Source of the DNA: Candidatus Saccharimonadota bacterium
Lineage (GTDB): Bacteria; Patescibacteriota; Saccharimonadia; Saccharimonadales; SZUA-47
Reading direction: 5' to 3'
NCBI GenBank assembly: GCA_035329185.1
Contig: DAOLHH010000001.1
Location: forward strand, 1-35,549
Length of the DNA stretch: 35,549 nucleotides
This document shows positions 16,277-25,867 of the stretch, piece after piece (the first letter of the stretch is position 1; every line of letters starts with the position of its first letter). The position numbers were made by a program, and so were the translations under genes. A model generated the notes under the pieces. That model did no database searches. It was not told the origin of the DNA and saw only the letters and a program-made list of their open reading frames with translations.

Positions 16277-17578
16277 TTATACGTCACTTTCTTCTGGAAA
16301 AACCGATTCTATATACGACTTTAATTGTCGGGCAGGCTGCAACGAGATAGAACCTAACATGCCGATTCCATAACAATTTTGGTCAATGAGTTCACGCATA
16401 ATATCTATGCAGAGTTTTTTATCTATTTTTTTTGTCATTTTTGGTAGAAGATTTACGTTCTCGATAATATCATCTGCGTAGTAGCTTCCGTACCGTGATA
16501 CGAGTCCGCTCGCGGTTTGCCCTGCTCGCATCGTTTTGCCAAGTAGATGCTTACGAGCAGATTCAAATTCTTCGTCGTCTACCACCCCTTCATGCAACAA
16601 GACGAGCTCATCCCTGACAAGCCGAAGTAGCGGTGCGCTATTAGTCTTGCTCACTTGTGCTCCAAGCCACCAACCGGTTAAATCTTTTGCATACACAGCG
16701 CCTGATCCCATGCCGTAGACCCAGCCTTTTTCTCGAGCAGTACCAAAAATCCTAGAGTACATTGTTTCGGTCAAATATGTAGAGACGACTTGCATTGCTA
16801 TTCGCTCGCGTGCATTGAGTTGTCGGTGTAAGTACATGTCAAAGTACAGATAAATGTTTGGCACACTCGGTTTACGAAGCACGAGCGGGTCATCTAGCTT
16901 GAGCGGTACTTCGTCTGGCATTGCAATTCGCCCATTACCTTGTTTAAGCACGAGTCGCTCACGAAACATAGTTTCGATTGAAGTATAGTCTCCCTTAAAA
17001 TTACCGGCAATAATAAAGCGCGCATTTTCAATGGTGTGCGTTTCGCTATAGTGTTTCACAAGATCCTGACGAGTCACGTGATGCAGGAGCTCTACTCTTT
17101 CTTGATCAGTTAATGAGATCATGCCCATTGACTGACGCATCGCCGCATTCAGCGCTCGGAAGTGATTATTTGAGCGACTAATTAATTCTTCTCGTACATT
17201 ACTAAGCTCTGAATCGACTTCTTCTTGCAGAAATTTCGGCGTGCTAATCGCATCAAGCAACAGGCCAACAACTCGTTGCCATTCAAAATGTGCTGATTCT
17301 ATTTCGTAGGTAATATCGTATACGCTGGTGCTTGCATTCGAATAGGCGCCGTTTTGTTCGATAGCAGCTTGAAAATCACGTGCTTTCTTGAAATATTTGT
17401 TGGCACCGAGCAAAACATGCTCCATTAAGTGGGCTGTTTCCCATTTTTCTTTTTTCAGGAGAAATTCACCGGCTCGAAAGCTTACTTCACATACAACAAC
17501 CCCTGTCTTTGGCGTGTCGATGATGAGCCCTTTAAGGCCATTTTCTAAGGTAATTTCATGTATTTTATGTCTGAGCAC
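16277..17578 (-). CDS. M16 (pitrilysin/insulinase) family zinc peptidase
   Basis: Inverted zinc motif HxxEH in ETAHLMEHVLLG near the N-terminus; ~430-aa two-lobed length typical of M16. Confidence 0.8.
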   Translation of the reverse strand: MLRHKIHEITLENGLKGLIIDTPKTGVVVCEVSFRAGEFLLKKEKWETAHLMEHVLLGANKYFKKARDFQAAIEQNGAYSNASTSVYDITYEIESAHFEWQRVVGLLLDAISTPKFLQEEVDSELSNVREELISRSNNHFRALNAAMRQSMGMISLTDQERVELLHHVTRQDLVKHYSETHTIENARFIIAGNFKGDYTSIETMFRERLVLKQGNGRIAMPDEVPLKLDDPLVLRKPSVPNIYLYFDMYLHRQLNARERIAMQVVSTYLTETMYSRIFGTAREKGWVYGMGSGAVYAKDLTGWWLGAQVSKTNSAPLLRLVRDELVLLHEGVVDDEEFESARKHLLGKTMRAGQTASGLVSRYGSYYADDIIENVNLLPKMTKKIDKKLCIDIMRELIDQNCYGIGMLGSISLQPARQLKSYIESVFPEESDV

Positions 17579-17598
17579 GCCAGTTACAACTCCACTCG

Positions 17599-20217
17599 CT
17601 ATTTACGTTTGCGACTTGCTTTGCGATTTTTACGTTCAGCTTTACGCTTCTTTTTGCGTGTATTATGCACTTTTGCCGCTTGATTCGTCGCGGTCGATTG
17701 CTTCGTTACCGAAAAATCATCCTCATGAAATTCTTCATCTGTTAGTACGATTTTATCAGCATTGTCTACTGAGCTTCGAGCGGCACGTGTCAATTCAGTT
17801 TCAATTGGATTATCCATATCGTCAGCTTCCACGGGTCGCGCATGGAAAATCGCTCGAATCACGTCATGTCTCAACACACCTTGCATTTCTTCGAACATCA
17901 CTTTTGATTGTCGACGGTATTCAACGAGTGGATCGCGTTGACCAACAGAAATCCAGTGGATACCTTGTCGCAAGTGATCCATGTTTTCTAAGTGCTGCAT
18001 CCAAAGATTGTCCATGACTTGGAGATAAATATCGCGCTCGACTTTTTCCATGATGTCTTGACCGAATGCTTCGGTTTGTTGCTCGTAACGATTCAGCACT
18101 TCTTTCTGAAGAGCCTTTTCAAATTTATCTGCTTCGGTATCGAAGAGCTTGTCGAGCACGCTATCTTCTAGGCCAAATGTTTCTCGCAATTGCGCTTCGA
18201 ATGCATCAGAATAACTGTCTGGTGAGCTTACCATGAGCTTAACCTGTTCGCTCAAGAATTCTTTCACTTTATTAGTGATATTCGCTTGCTTTAAGACTTC
18301 TTTTCGTAGGGTATAAATCGCCACACGGTGACGGTTCATCACATCGTCGTACTGCACGACATTTTTACGCATATCAAAGTTAAAGCCCTCGACGCGTTTC
18401 TGTGCTGCCTCAAGACTACGACTAATGACGCGGTTTTGAATTGGCATGCTGTCGTCGATTTTCAGACGATTCATTACGGCCCTAATTCGATCACCACCGA
18501 AGACGCGCATCAGGTCATCTTCTGTGCTCACATAGAACTGTGTCTCACCTGGGTCACCCTGTCGACCAGAACGGCCTCGGAGCTGGTTATCGATTCGACG
18601 AGACTCATGACGCTCCGAACCAAGCACGTATAAACCACCGAGCTCTTGAACGCCTTCACCAAGGACAATGTCGGTACCACGACCGGCAATGTTGGTTGCA
18701 AGTGTCACCGCACCCTTCTGTCCAGCTTGCGCAACAATATGCGCTTCGCGCTCGTTGTTTTTTGCATTGAGCACCTGATGTTTGACACCTGCTTTAGTCA
18801 GCAAGCGACCTAGCTCTTCGTTATGTTCAATGGCGCTCGTACCAATAAGTACCGGCTGTCCTTTTTGTTGCAACACCTTTACATCGGCTACAATTGCAGC
18901 GTATTTACCCTTCTTTGTGCGATAAATTTTATCAGGCTTGTCGATACGTGCAAGCGTACGATTCGTTGGCACCGATACCACTTCGAGTTTATAAATCTGA
19001 TGAAATTCTTCTTCCTCCGTCTTTGCTGTACCAGTCATACCGGAGAGCTTTGAGTACAGACGGAAATAGTTTTGGAATGATATCGTCGCGAGCGTCATGC
19101 TTTCTTCCTGAACCTCAACATGTTCTTTTGCTTCGATTGCCTGATGCAAGCCTTCGTTGTATCGTCGTCCTTTCAAAAGACGTCCAGTAAACTCATCGAC
19201 AATGACAATCTCGCCATCGTTCGTGACAACATAATCTTTGTCGCGCTTGAACAGTGCTTCAGCCCGAAGTGCTTGATCGAGGTGATAGATCGTACGAATA
19301 TTTTCAGTATCATACAGATTGCTGATGCCGAGTGCTTTTTCAACAAAAGTAATACCCGCATCAGTCAGAGTGACCGCTCGGCGTTTTTCATCGACTTCGA
19401 AATGCTTATCGCGCTTGAGTTGACGTGCGAGTTTTGAAAATTGCTCATATGCTGCGCCACTCGTTGCCGAAGGAGCAGAAATGATAAGTGGTGTTCGGGC
19501 TTCATCAATCAAAATTGAGTCGACCTCGTCAACGATGGCAAAGTTCAGCTCACGCTGTCTAAGCTGACGAACTTCGCGTACCATGTTGTCGCGCAGGTAG
19601 TCAAAGCCGAATTCATTGTTCGTACCATAGGTAATATCTGCACCATACGCTTCTTGACGCGTACATGGCTTCAGGTGACGAAAACGTGGGTCTTCATGCT
19701 CTTCGTTTGTATAAGACTCATCGTAAATAAAACTATGGTCAGGAATGATGACTCCAACGCTCAAACCGAGCGCGCTATAGATTTGACCCATCCAACCTGC
19801 GTCACGCTGAACGAGGTATTCGTTTACGGTCACGACGTGGACACCCTTGCCCTGCAACGCATTCAAATAAACAGGAAGTGTTGCGACCAACGTCTTCCCT
19901 TCTCCGGTCCGCATCTCTGCGACCTTGCCCTCGTGAAGCACCATTCCACCAATAAGCTGAACATCGAAATGTCTTTGCTGAATTTGACGCCAAGCCATTT
20001 CTCGAACCGTCGCGAATGCCTCAGGTAAAATCGTATCGAGTGTCTGGCCTTTTTTCGTGAGCTTCTTGCGCAATTCTTCCGTTTTTGCTTTAAGATCTGC
20101 ATCAGATAGCTCTTTAAACGCTTCTTCGAAAGCATTTATTTCTTTAACGCGTTTTCTCAACCGCTTGAGTGTCTTAGCTTCTGGGTCGCCAAGTACTTTT
20201 TTGACCAGTTTTTTCAT
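17599..20217 (-). CDS. secA: Preprotein translocase ATPase SecA
   Basis: MRTGEGKTLVATL (Walker A), FAIVDEVDSILIDEARTPLIIS (DEAD-like), TNIAGRGTDI and GRSGRQGDPG. The C-terminus is polybasic (RKKKRKAERKNRKASRKRK) with no Cys-rich zinc motif. Confidence 0.96.
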   Translation of the reverse strand: MKKLVKKVLGDPEAKTLKRLRKRVKEINAFEEAFKELSDADLKAKTEELRKKLTKKGQTLDTILPEAFATVREMAWRQIQQRHFDVQLIGGMVLHEGKVAEMRTGEGKTLVATLPVYLNALQGKGVHVVTVNEYLVQRDAGWMGQIYSALGLSVGVIIPDHSFIYDESYTNEEHEDPRFRHLKPCTRQEAYGADITYGTNNEFGFDYLRDNMVREVRQLRQRELNFAIVDEVDSILIDEARTPLIISAPSATSGAAYEQFSKLARQLKRDKHFEVDEKRRAVTLTDAGITFVEKALGISNLYDTENIRTIYHLDQALRAEALFKRDKDYVVTNDGEIVIVDEFTGRLLKGRRYNEGLHQAIEAKEHVEVQEESMTLATISFQNYFRLYSKLSGMTGTAKTEEEEFHQIYKLEVVSVPTNRTLARIDKPDKIYRTKKGKYAAIVADVKVLQQKGQPVLIGTSAIEHNEELGRLLTKAGVKHQVLNAKNNEREAHIVAQAGQKGAVTLATNIAGRGTDIVLGEGVQELGGLYVLGSERHESRRIDNQLRGRSGRQGDPGETQFYVSTEDDLMRVFGGDRIRAVMNRLKIDDSMPIQNRVISRSLEAAQKRVEGFNFDMRKNVVQYDDVMNRHRVAIYTLRKEVLKQANITNKVKEFLSEQVKLMVSSPDSYSDAFEAQLRETFGLEDSVLDKLFDTEADKFEKALQKEVLNRYEQQTEAFGQDIMEKVERDIYLQVMDNLWMQHLENMDHLRQGIHWISVGQRDPLVEYRRQSKVMFEEMQGVLRHDVIRAIFHARPVEADDMDNPIETELTRAARSSVDNADKIVLTDEEFHEDDFSVTKQSTATNQAAKVHNTRKKKRKAERKNRKASRKRK

Positions 20218-20294
20218 CTTATTACTTCTACCCTTCTCTTCATGTTGGCATGTGGCGAGTTTTTAACATGCTTGCACGCACATTCCCACCACAT
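20214..20294 (-). CDS. Candidate 26-codon upstream ORF overlapping the secA start by ATGA
   Basis: My translation: MWWECACKHVKNSPHANMKRRVEVIR*. Its ATG lies 14 nt after a TATAAT (complement of 20309-20314) and its TGA shares the TG of the secA ATG. Confidence 0.25.
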   Translation of the reverse strand: MWWECACKHVKNSPHANMKRRVEVIR

Positions 20295-20329
20295 ACTCGT
20301 TTGCGGGTATTATACCGTATCAGTCATGC

Positions 20330-20707
20330 TCAACGCGAAAAGAATTTACCGATAGCACGACGAGCTTTCGAGTTCTCATGCTTGTCTTGCGATTGTGAAT
20401 GTTTTTCCTTATGCTTTTTTAGCTGATTTTGCAATTTTGTCTCAACAATGTCCACTGCTGCAAACATATTTATTGTTGATTCTACTGCGGTCAATCGCGC
20501 GCCAGGAATATGTAAAATGACTTCACAGGTACATCGTTTCCCATTTTTAACACTCGTCGATTCATTGAGCTTAACGTCTGCACGTACCTCAGATCGCTGA
20601 GATCGTTTAAGCCGTTTATCAAGCTTTCCAATCTTCTTTGTGATATATCGTTCCAACTCGTGGGTTACATCGGTCTTCATACCGGTGATTGCTATATTTT
20701 CTATCAT
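20330..20707 (-). CDS. hpf: Ribosome hibernation promoting factor (S30EA / RaiA family)
   Basis: MIENIAITGMKTDVTHELERYITKKIGKLDK is a typical HPF N-terminus; ~125 aa; ATGA overlap with the serS stop. Confidence 0.8.
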   Translation of the reverse strand: MIENIAITGMKTDVTHELERYITKKIGKLDKRLKRSQRSEVRADVKLNESTSVKNGKRCTCEVILHIPGARLTAVESTINMFAAVDIVETKLQNQLKKHKEKHSQSQDKHENSKARRAIGKFFSR

Positions 20708-22059
20708 ATGGTCGTCCTCCCTCCCATATATTTTTGTAAAACATCCGGAACACGTATTGTGCCATCCTCGTTCTGATAATTTTCTGTAATTGCGGCCAAA
20801 ATACGACTCATCGCAAAAGCTGTTGCGTCATTAGTGTGCACAAATTGAAGTCTACTTCCTGCTTCTTTGAAATCCGAGGCTTCATTATTGTTCACCTCTT
20901 TAGCGGGTTTGAAATCTCGATTTGTGGTTTTGATTTTGAGATCCCTCGCTTGATAGTCAGTCATATAGTCTGCGGTATGAGTTTCTATGTAACGATCTTG
21001 CCCCGGAAACCAGCAATTAATATCTATACCGGCAGCATTTGGCTTCCCGATATCGGCAGTTGATTTTTGTATGAATTGGTAATGTAGACCCAGCTGCTGC
21101 ACAAGATACTCTTGGATTGCATACATAAATTTATGCTCCTCCAGTCCTGTATCAGCATCGCTAAATACTTCCATTTCTAATTTATCGAATTGGTGTAATC
21201 GAATAATTCCTTCAGTATCCTTACCGTACGTTCCGGCTTCACGCCTAAAACTAGTACTGTAACCTATATATCTGATAGGCAAGCTCTCAGCAGATAGAGT
21301 TTCATTCCAGTACATGGTGCACAGCGTGTGCTCAGCGCTCGCGTTTAACCATAAATCATCATCTTCAAGTTTATAAGTCACTTCGGCTGCGTTTAATCTT
21401 GCGCTTGCTACATACGGCTCAGTCCTGAGCAATGCAGGTGGAAGTACAGGTACGAATGGTTTAGAGCTTATCGTGAGATTATTCTTCGAGATGATTTTAT
21501 TTAAAACATCTTCATCCATTAAACTATCCAAAACGAACTGAACAATTGCAAATTGAAGCTTTACTATTCCTCCCTTAAGGTAGGTGAACCTACTTCCGGA
21601 TATCTTCGACGCGCGTTCCTTGTCCATCATGTCCCGAGTAGCTAAAATCTCCCAGTGTGGTCTCGGTGTGAAAGAAAAAATCGGTTTATTTCCGACGGTT
21701 TTTGCCACTACATTATCGTCTTCAGTCTCTCCGACTGGTACATGTTCGAGCGCAATATTTGGAATTCTTTTCAGCTCATCGTTCAATTCCTGATCAAGCT
21801 TACCAAGCAATTCTTCTCTTTCATTTAACTCAACTTTGATTTGTTTGCCAACATCGATAAGCTGAGAATCCGGTTTTCCATTTTTCATTTGAGCACTTAT
21901 TTGGTTTCTCTTCTCACGTAGCTCATCAACAATTTTCTGCAATTCTCGACGCTTCTTATCGAGATCCACAAGTTTGACTGTATCCACCTCGACCTGCTTT
22001 TGTTTACTTTTTTCCCTAACAAACTCTGGTTGGTTTCGAAGTATTTGAATGTCTATCAT
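20704..22059 (-). CDS. serS: Seryl-tRNA synthetase
   Basis: N-terminal coiled-coil arm MIDIQILRNQPEFVRE..., class II core (FRREAGTYGKDTEGIIRLHQFDK.E), and C-terminal ENYQNEDGTIRVPDVLQKYMGG. Confidence 0.93.
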   Translation of the reverse strand: MIDIQILRNQPEFVREKSKQKQVEVDTVKLVDLDKKRRELQKIVDELREKRNQISAQMKNGKPDSQLIDVGKQIKVELNEREELLGKLDQELNDELKRIPNIALEHVPVGETEDDNVVAKTVGNKPIFSFTPRPHWEILATRDMMDKERASKISGSRFTYLKGGIVKLQFAIVQFVLDSLMDEDVLNKIISKNNLTISSKPFVPVLPPALLRTEPYVASARLNAAEVTYKLEDDDLWLNASAEHTLCTMYWNETLSAESLPIRYIGYSTSFRREAGTYGKDTEGIIRLHQFDKLEMEVFSDADTGLEEHKFMYAIQEYLVQQLGLHYQFIQKSTADIGKPNAAGIDINCWFPGQDRYIETHTADYMTDYQARDLKIKTTNRDFKPAKEVNNNEASDFKEAGSRLQFVHTNDATAFAMSRILAAITENYQNEDGTIRVPDVLQKYMGGRTTI

Positions 22060-22067
22060 ATAACTTT

Positions 22068-22073
22068 AGTATA
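22068..22073 (-). promoter_or_regulatory. -10-like TATACT 8 nt before the serS ATG (leaderless-type geometry)
   Basis: Minus strand reads TATACTaaagttatATG. No SD; weak -35 (TGTAAA at 17 nt). Confidence 0.3.
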
Positions 22074-22101
22074 GCGCGTACGGCAATCAGTTTACAGCTT
22101 T

Positions 22102-23103
22102 TTAAGACTTTATATAATTTATAACCAACACCAGAAAAACAATAAACAAAAGCAGTGTCATTGCTTTAAGTTGCCAACGAGTTCGTTTCAGCTCAAGTAC
22201 ATAAGATTTCCTATACTTGGCGTTCAACTTAGTGATTGCCTCAAGTTCTTGGCCTCGATATTCAAATTTTTTTCCAGATTCAAAGTTGAGGGTTCTTATG
22301 CGGTGCAACAATTCTTTTCTTAGTTTCTCACCTGCTATTAACATATTTTTCATTCGCTCATCGGTTCTCTGGTCATTTGTCGCTAGAACATAAAGCGCAT
22401 TGTCAACAATTTCGACATCAAATTCTTTGAAATGTGTTATCAATACTGCCATTACATCTGGAGAGAGTATACTCAACGCATCAGTGTATAGTCCTTTTTG
22501 AACAGATACAATGAAGTGTTTATTCATATCACCTTCTAACTCAATAGTTTCAAAACCTTTAGGTGCTTGCATTAAACCACCTGAATTTTTAACGCTATCA
22601 ATCGCTATGTATGGTAAATGTTTTGGCAACTCAGAATATAGAATAGTGTTAACAATTTTGCGGGAGTTTCGGCTATGTGATGTTTCGTACTGATAAGGTA
22701 TGATCACCCATTCTTCTGCTTTTATTGAAAAATCAAAAACACCTCTGTTTACCCCGACATGAAAAATACTCGGTGGAATAAACTTCTTGCTATATACACC
22801 TCTACTCCAGCCATTGATGCGCGCAAACTCATACCAATATTTCTTTCTAAGATCTGTGTACGAGTCAATTACATACGCATTAAAAAGGAATGTACCGAAA
22901 ATGATAATGAATGCGAGGAAGTTATTTTTTATATCAATTATTTCTAGCTCTATAAGTGCGTAGTTAATTACACCTAACAGAACGAATATACCGACACCGA
23001 GATACAGATTACGATTCTTAAATACATAAATGTATGCGTTCACAATTAATCGCGCTTTGGAAAGATTATTAAGCGGACTAAAATCTACTTCATCGATTTT
23101 CAT
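22102..23103 (-). CDS. Hypothetical membrane protein (2 N-terminal TM + 1 C-terminal TM), visibly lower GC than its neighbours
   Basis: ATG 23103 (MKIDEVDF...) makes an ATGA overlap with the upstream nuclease stop; the longer track start is unlikely. The central pattern IELEGDMNKHFIVSV...ALSILSPDVMAVL resembles DUF3137-type proteins, from memory and unverified. Confidence 0.6.
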   Translation of the reverse strand: MKIDEVDFSPLNNLSKARLIVNAYIYVFKNRNLYLGVGIFVLLGVINYALIELEIIDIKNNFLAFIIIFGTFLFNAYVIDSYTDLRKKYWYEFARINGWSRGVYSKKFIPPSIFHVGVNRGVFDFSIKAEEWVIIPYQYETSHSRNSRKIVNTILYSELPKHLPYIAIDSVKNSGGLMQAPKGFETIELEGDMNKHFIVSVQKGLYTDALSILSPDVMAVLITHFKEFDVEIVDNALYVLATNDQRTDERMKNMLIAGEKLRKELLHRIRTLNFESGKKFEYRGQELEAITKLNAKYRKSYVLELKRTRWQLKAMTLLLFIVFLVLVINYIKS

Positions 23104-23894
23104 TTCTTCCTCTTTTGTCGTAAAGCGTTCAATGTTAGTGTAGTGCGAGCCCGAGAGTATTCGCAAAAGTCGCATGGCCCACCCATTGCAGCAGTCCCGA
23201 TTTCAGGCATTTCATCGCTATCCATAACTTTCTTCATACGTACCAATACATCGTCGACCCAATCACTCTTACCGGTATGAGGTATGAGGTGCGTCTCGAA
23301 TTCGACGATATTATTGAATGCGTCACGGTTACTCGTACCCGTTGCGTAGACGAAGTACCCTGTATCGCTAACCTCGAAACCGTTTTGACGGAGGAGCCAC
23401 TGATACGTTTCCATCTGACGTCGATACATATCCTGCCACGTCCCTTCAGCACCGAGTGCCTTAACGGGTTTGTCTTTTGCGGTCGCTTTGTAGTCGACCA
23501 CAATTAGCTTGCCTTCATCGTCAATCCAAACATCATCGACTGCACCAAAAACGTGTAGGTTTGTCGGCTCATGCACATGCACGACTCCGACGAAATTTTC
23601 TCGCCACGTATCAATATCTTTGTGGGCAAATGGTACCGCTTTGATACCATTTTCTTTCATGAGCGGATGCGGTTCGCCACTAATACGATAGGTATCGAAT
23701 TCTTTTTTAAACAGCTCATCAATTGCTTTGTTGATGTTGAATGGTGGGCTTGATGGTCTTTTTATTTTCAGTCGAACATCAAGCCAAAAACAACGCGGAC
23801 ACTGCATAAACAACTCGATTTTACTGCGAGATACTTTGAATACCTCAGTTTGTCCCGGTTTGTACGGTTTGTTCCGTTCTTGCCAATACCCCAT
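23100..23894 (-). CDS. PD-(D/E)XK nuclease superfamily protein (Cas4/RecB-like) with four Cys
   Basis: N-terminal SRSKIELFMQCPRCFW, core DD..GKLIVVDYKAT (D...D/ExK), and C-terminal GGPCDFCEY. Confidence 0.7.
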   Translation of the reverse strand: MGYWQERNKPYKPGQTEVFKVSRSKIELFMQCPRCFWLDVRLKIKRPSSPPFNINKAIDELFKKEFDTYRISGEPHPLMKENGIKAVPFAHKDIDTWRENFVGVVHVHEPTNLHVFGAVDDVWIDDEGKLIVVDYKATAKDKPVKALGAEGTWQDMYRRQMETYQWLLRQNGFEVSDTGYFVYATGTSNRDAFNNIVEFETHLIPHTGKSDWVDDVLVRMKKVMDSDEMPEIGTAAMGGPCDFCEYSRARTTLTLNALRQKRKK

Positions 23895-23900
23895 TGAACT

Positions 23901-24596
23901 CTATTGTAGCAGTGTCGCAGCTGCTATCGCTGCGGTTTCGGCGCGAAGCGTGAAGTCGCTCAAGTCGAGATGCTTCAGTTGATGATCTTGAAATAACTGC
24001 TTTTCGCTATCTGACCACCCACCCTCCGGACCAATGAGCACGGCTAGTGGCTGTGATATCTGATATTTGATATTTGATATTTCGCTCGGAGAGCCTTGTT
24101 CTGCGACAAACAGTTCCGCTTTACCTTTGAGTTCTTTCAGGAGCGTTTCGGCGGTCAATGGCTCGCGCACACGTGGAATATCGGTGCGTCCACATTGTTC
24201 ACTAGCCTCTATGACGATTTTTTCTGCTCGCTCAACATCAAAGCCTGTTTTTTCGGTACGCTCGGTCAATAGCGGGATAAAGTGTCGTACGCCAAGCTCG
24301 GTACCTTTTTGCAAGACCCACTCATTTTTATCTTTTTTCAATAGCGCAAAGCACAGATATAATTCTCTTTTAGGCAACTGTGGCTCGCGTTCAGTCACTA
24401 ATACGAGTTTGACCGCGTTATCACCGTACCGCTCAATTCGGTAAAGTCGTTCTTCTAGTTTATCGTTGAATAACACAAGTTCTCTACCGACCTCAAAGCG
24501 CAAAACCTTCGACCATTGATGAAAAAGTCTTTCATCATCCATCCAGAACTCGTGGGTCAAATCGATGTTTGGTAGATAAAATCGGTGCAGTTTCAT
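23901..24596 (-). CDS. rsmE: 16S rRNA (uracil1498-N3)-methyltransferase
   Basis: MKLHRFYL... N-terminus, a PUA-like region, and the C-terminal knot motif LIGPEGGWSDSE ... LRAETAAIAA. Confidence 0.88.
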   Translation of the reverse strand: MKLHRFYLPNIDLTHEFWMDDERLFHQWSKVLRFEVGRELVLFNDKLEERLYRIERYGDNAVKLVLVTEREPQLPKRELYLCFALLKKDKNEWVLQKGTELGVRHFIPLLTERTEKTGFDVERAEKIVIEASEQCGRTDIPRVREPLTAETLLKELKGKAELFVAEQGSPSEISNIKYQISQPLAVLIGPEGGWSDSEKQLFQDHQLKHLDLSDFTLRAETAAIAAATLLQ

Positions 24597-25867
24597 AACT
24601 TCTCTAATACTACCAGAGATTCGATGTGCGGGGTACGGGGAAAGAAGTTATAGCCATCTAGCCTGAGAATCTTATATTTTTCGAGGAGCTTTTTAACATC
24701 GCGAGCCTGTGTACTTGGGTTGCAACTTAAGTACAAAATCTGAGGGGGTTCGGCCTCTAAAATACGTTCTACCACAGCTGTGTGTAGCCCAGCACGTGGT
24801 GGATCAACGATAAGTGCATGAGCGTCATCAATGTACTCGAGGGCAGTCTCACTTGTCGTATGAACGACTTGTATGGGTAAACTACCGACATTTTGTTTCG
24901 CCATACGGATATTGCCTGCATCAGCTTCGACCAAGACTTGAGTGCCACTGATTGGTATACCAATAGAGCCTACCCCAGAATACATATCTACAGTTGGCAA
25001 AGAACCGCTAAAGTGCTGTATGCGCTCAAGTACCTTCTCGAATATTGGGAGATTTACCTGAAAAAATGAGAATACGTCATATGTGATATTTTTGCCTAAG
25101 AGCTTGTCAGTCAGTGTTATATCACCGTTGATATAAATATCTTTCGTACGCACACTGGCGGGGCTTTTCGGGTTACTATAGACGACGGCAAGATTGTCAC
25201 ACTTCAGCTTTATAAAGTCTTCAGTCTTCACAAAAAGAGCACCGACAACTTTATGATGACTATTTTTTGTGCTCTGGCTACAGCGTAGTATGACCGACTT
25301 GATGTCGCCTGCTCGCACTTTCAGTTGGTTTAATTCAAATAAGAGTTTATCAGCATAATCAGCAATTTCATCAGGAATTAGCGTGCTATATGGGTATACC
25401 AGTTTAATCTTTATATGGGTCGCGCGAAGATAGTGTGCGAAGTGTAGACCCTCATCGTCCCCCCAAAAACTAAACTCAATTTTGTTGCGATAGCCAGTAA
25501 CACCACCTGCTGTTTCAATTTCCGGCACCGTAACTTCTACACCCTCTCGCCGGAATACTTCCTGTAAAATATCTCTTTTTGACTGAAGTTCGCTTCCGTA
25601 GTTCATGATTGTCCATGGAGCAACCGATAAATTGATATCTTTTCTTTCTAGAAAGTCAGCGCGGTCAGTGCTTTTTTCTATTATTTCTGTTGCATAGCCT
25701 TCGGCATAATCTTTTTTTGACTTGAATACTTCTATGCTAACGAGCTCACCCGGAAGTGCATTCCAGATGAACACCTTGCGCCCATCTTCAAGTGATCCCA
25801 TAGCCTGTCCACCATGAACGAGTTTTTCAATACGAATATTTTGATATATCTTTGACTGCATCTTCAT
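24593..25867 (-). CDS. 23S rRNA (uracil-5)-methyltransferase, RumA/RlmD-RlmCD family, with TRAM domain
   Basis: TRAM domain GGQAMG...VFIWNALPGELVSIEV, then VDPPRAGL, LYLSCNPSTQARD (catalytic Cys) and FPRTPHIESLVVL. No Fe-S cysteine cluster is evident. Confidence 0.85.
   Translation of the reverse strand: MKMQSKIYQNIRIEKLVHGGQAMGSLEDGRKVFIWNALPGELVSIEVFKSKKDYAEGYATEIIEKSTDRADFLERKDINLSVAPWTIMNYGSELQSKRDILQEVFRREGVEVTVPEIETAGGVTGYRNKIEFSFWGDDEGLHFAHYLRATHIKIKLVYPYSTLIPDEIADYADKLLFELNQLKVRAGDIKSVILRCSQSTKNSHHKVVGALFVKTEDFIKLKCDNLAVVYSNPKSPASVRTKDIYINGDITLTDKLLGKNITYDVFSFFQVNLPIFEKVLERIQHFSGSLPTVDMYSGVGSIGIPISGTQVLVEADAGNIRMAKQNVGSLPIQVVHTTSETALEYIDDAHALIVDPPRAGLHTAVVERILEAEPPQILYLSCNPSTQARDVKKLLEKYKILRLDGYNFFPRTPHIESLVVLEKL

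Noticed and set aside
24054-24081. Heptamer repeat (TGATATC then TGATATT x3) inside rsmE.
   Set aside because: Only three perfect units, inside a coding region where it encodes a plausible in-frame peptide (ISNIKYQIS). It is too short to argue for slipped-strand switching without population data.
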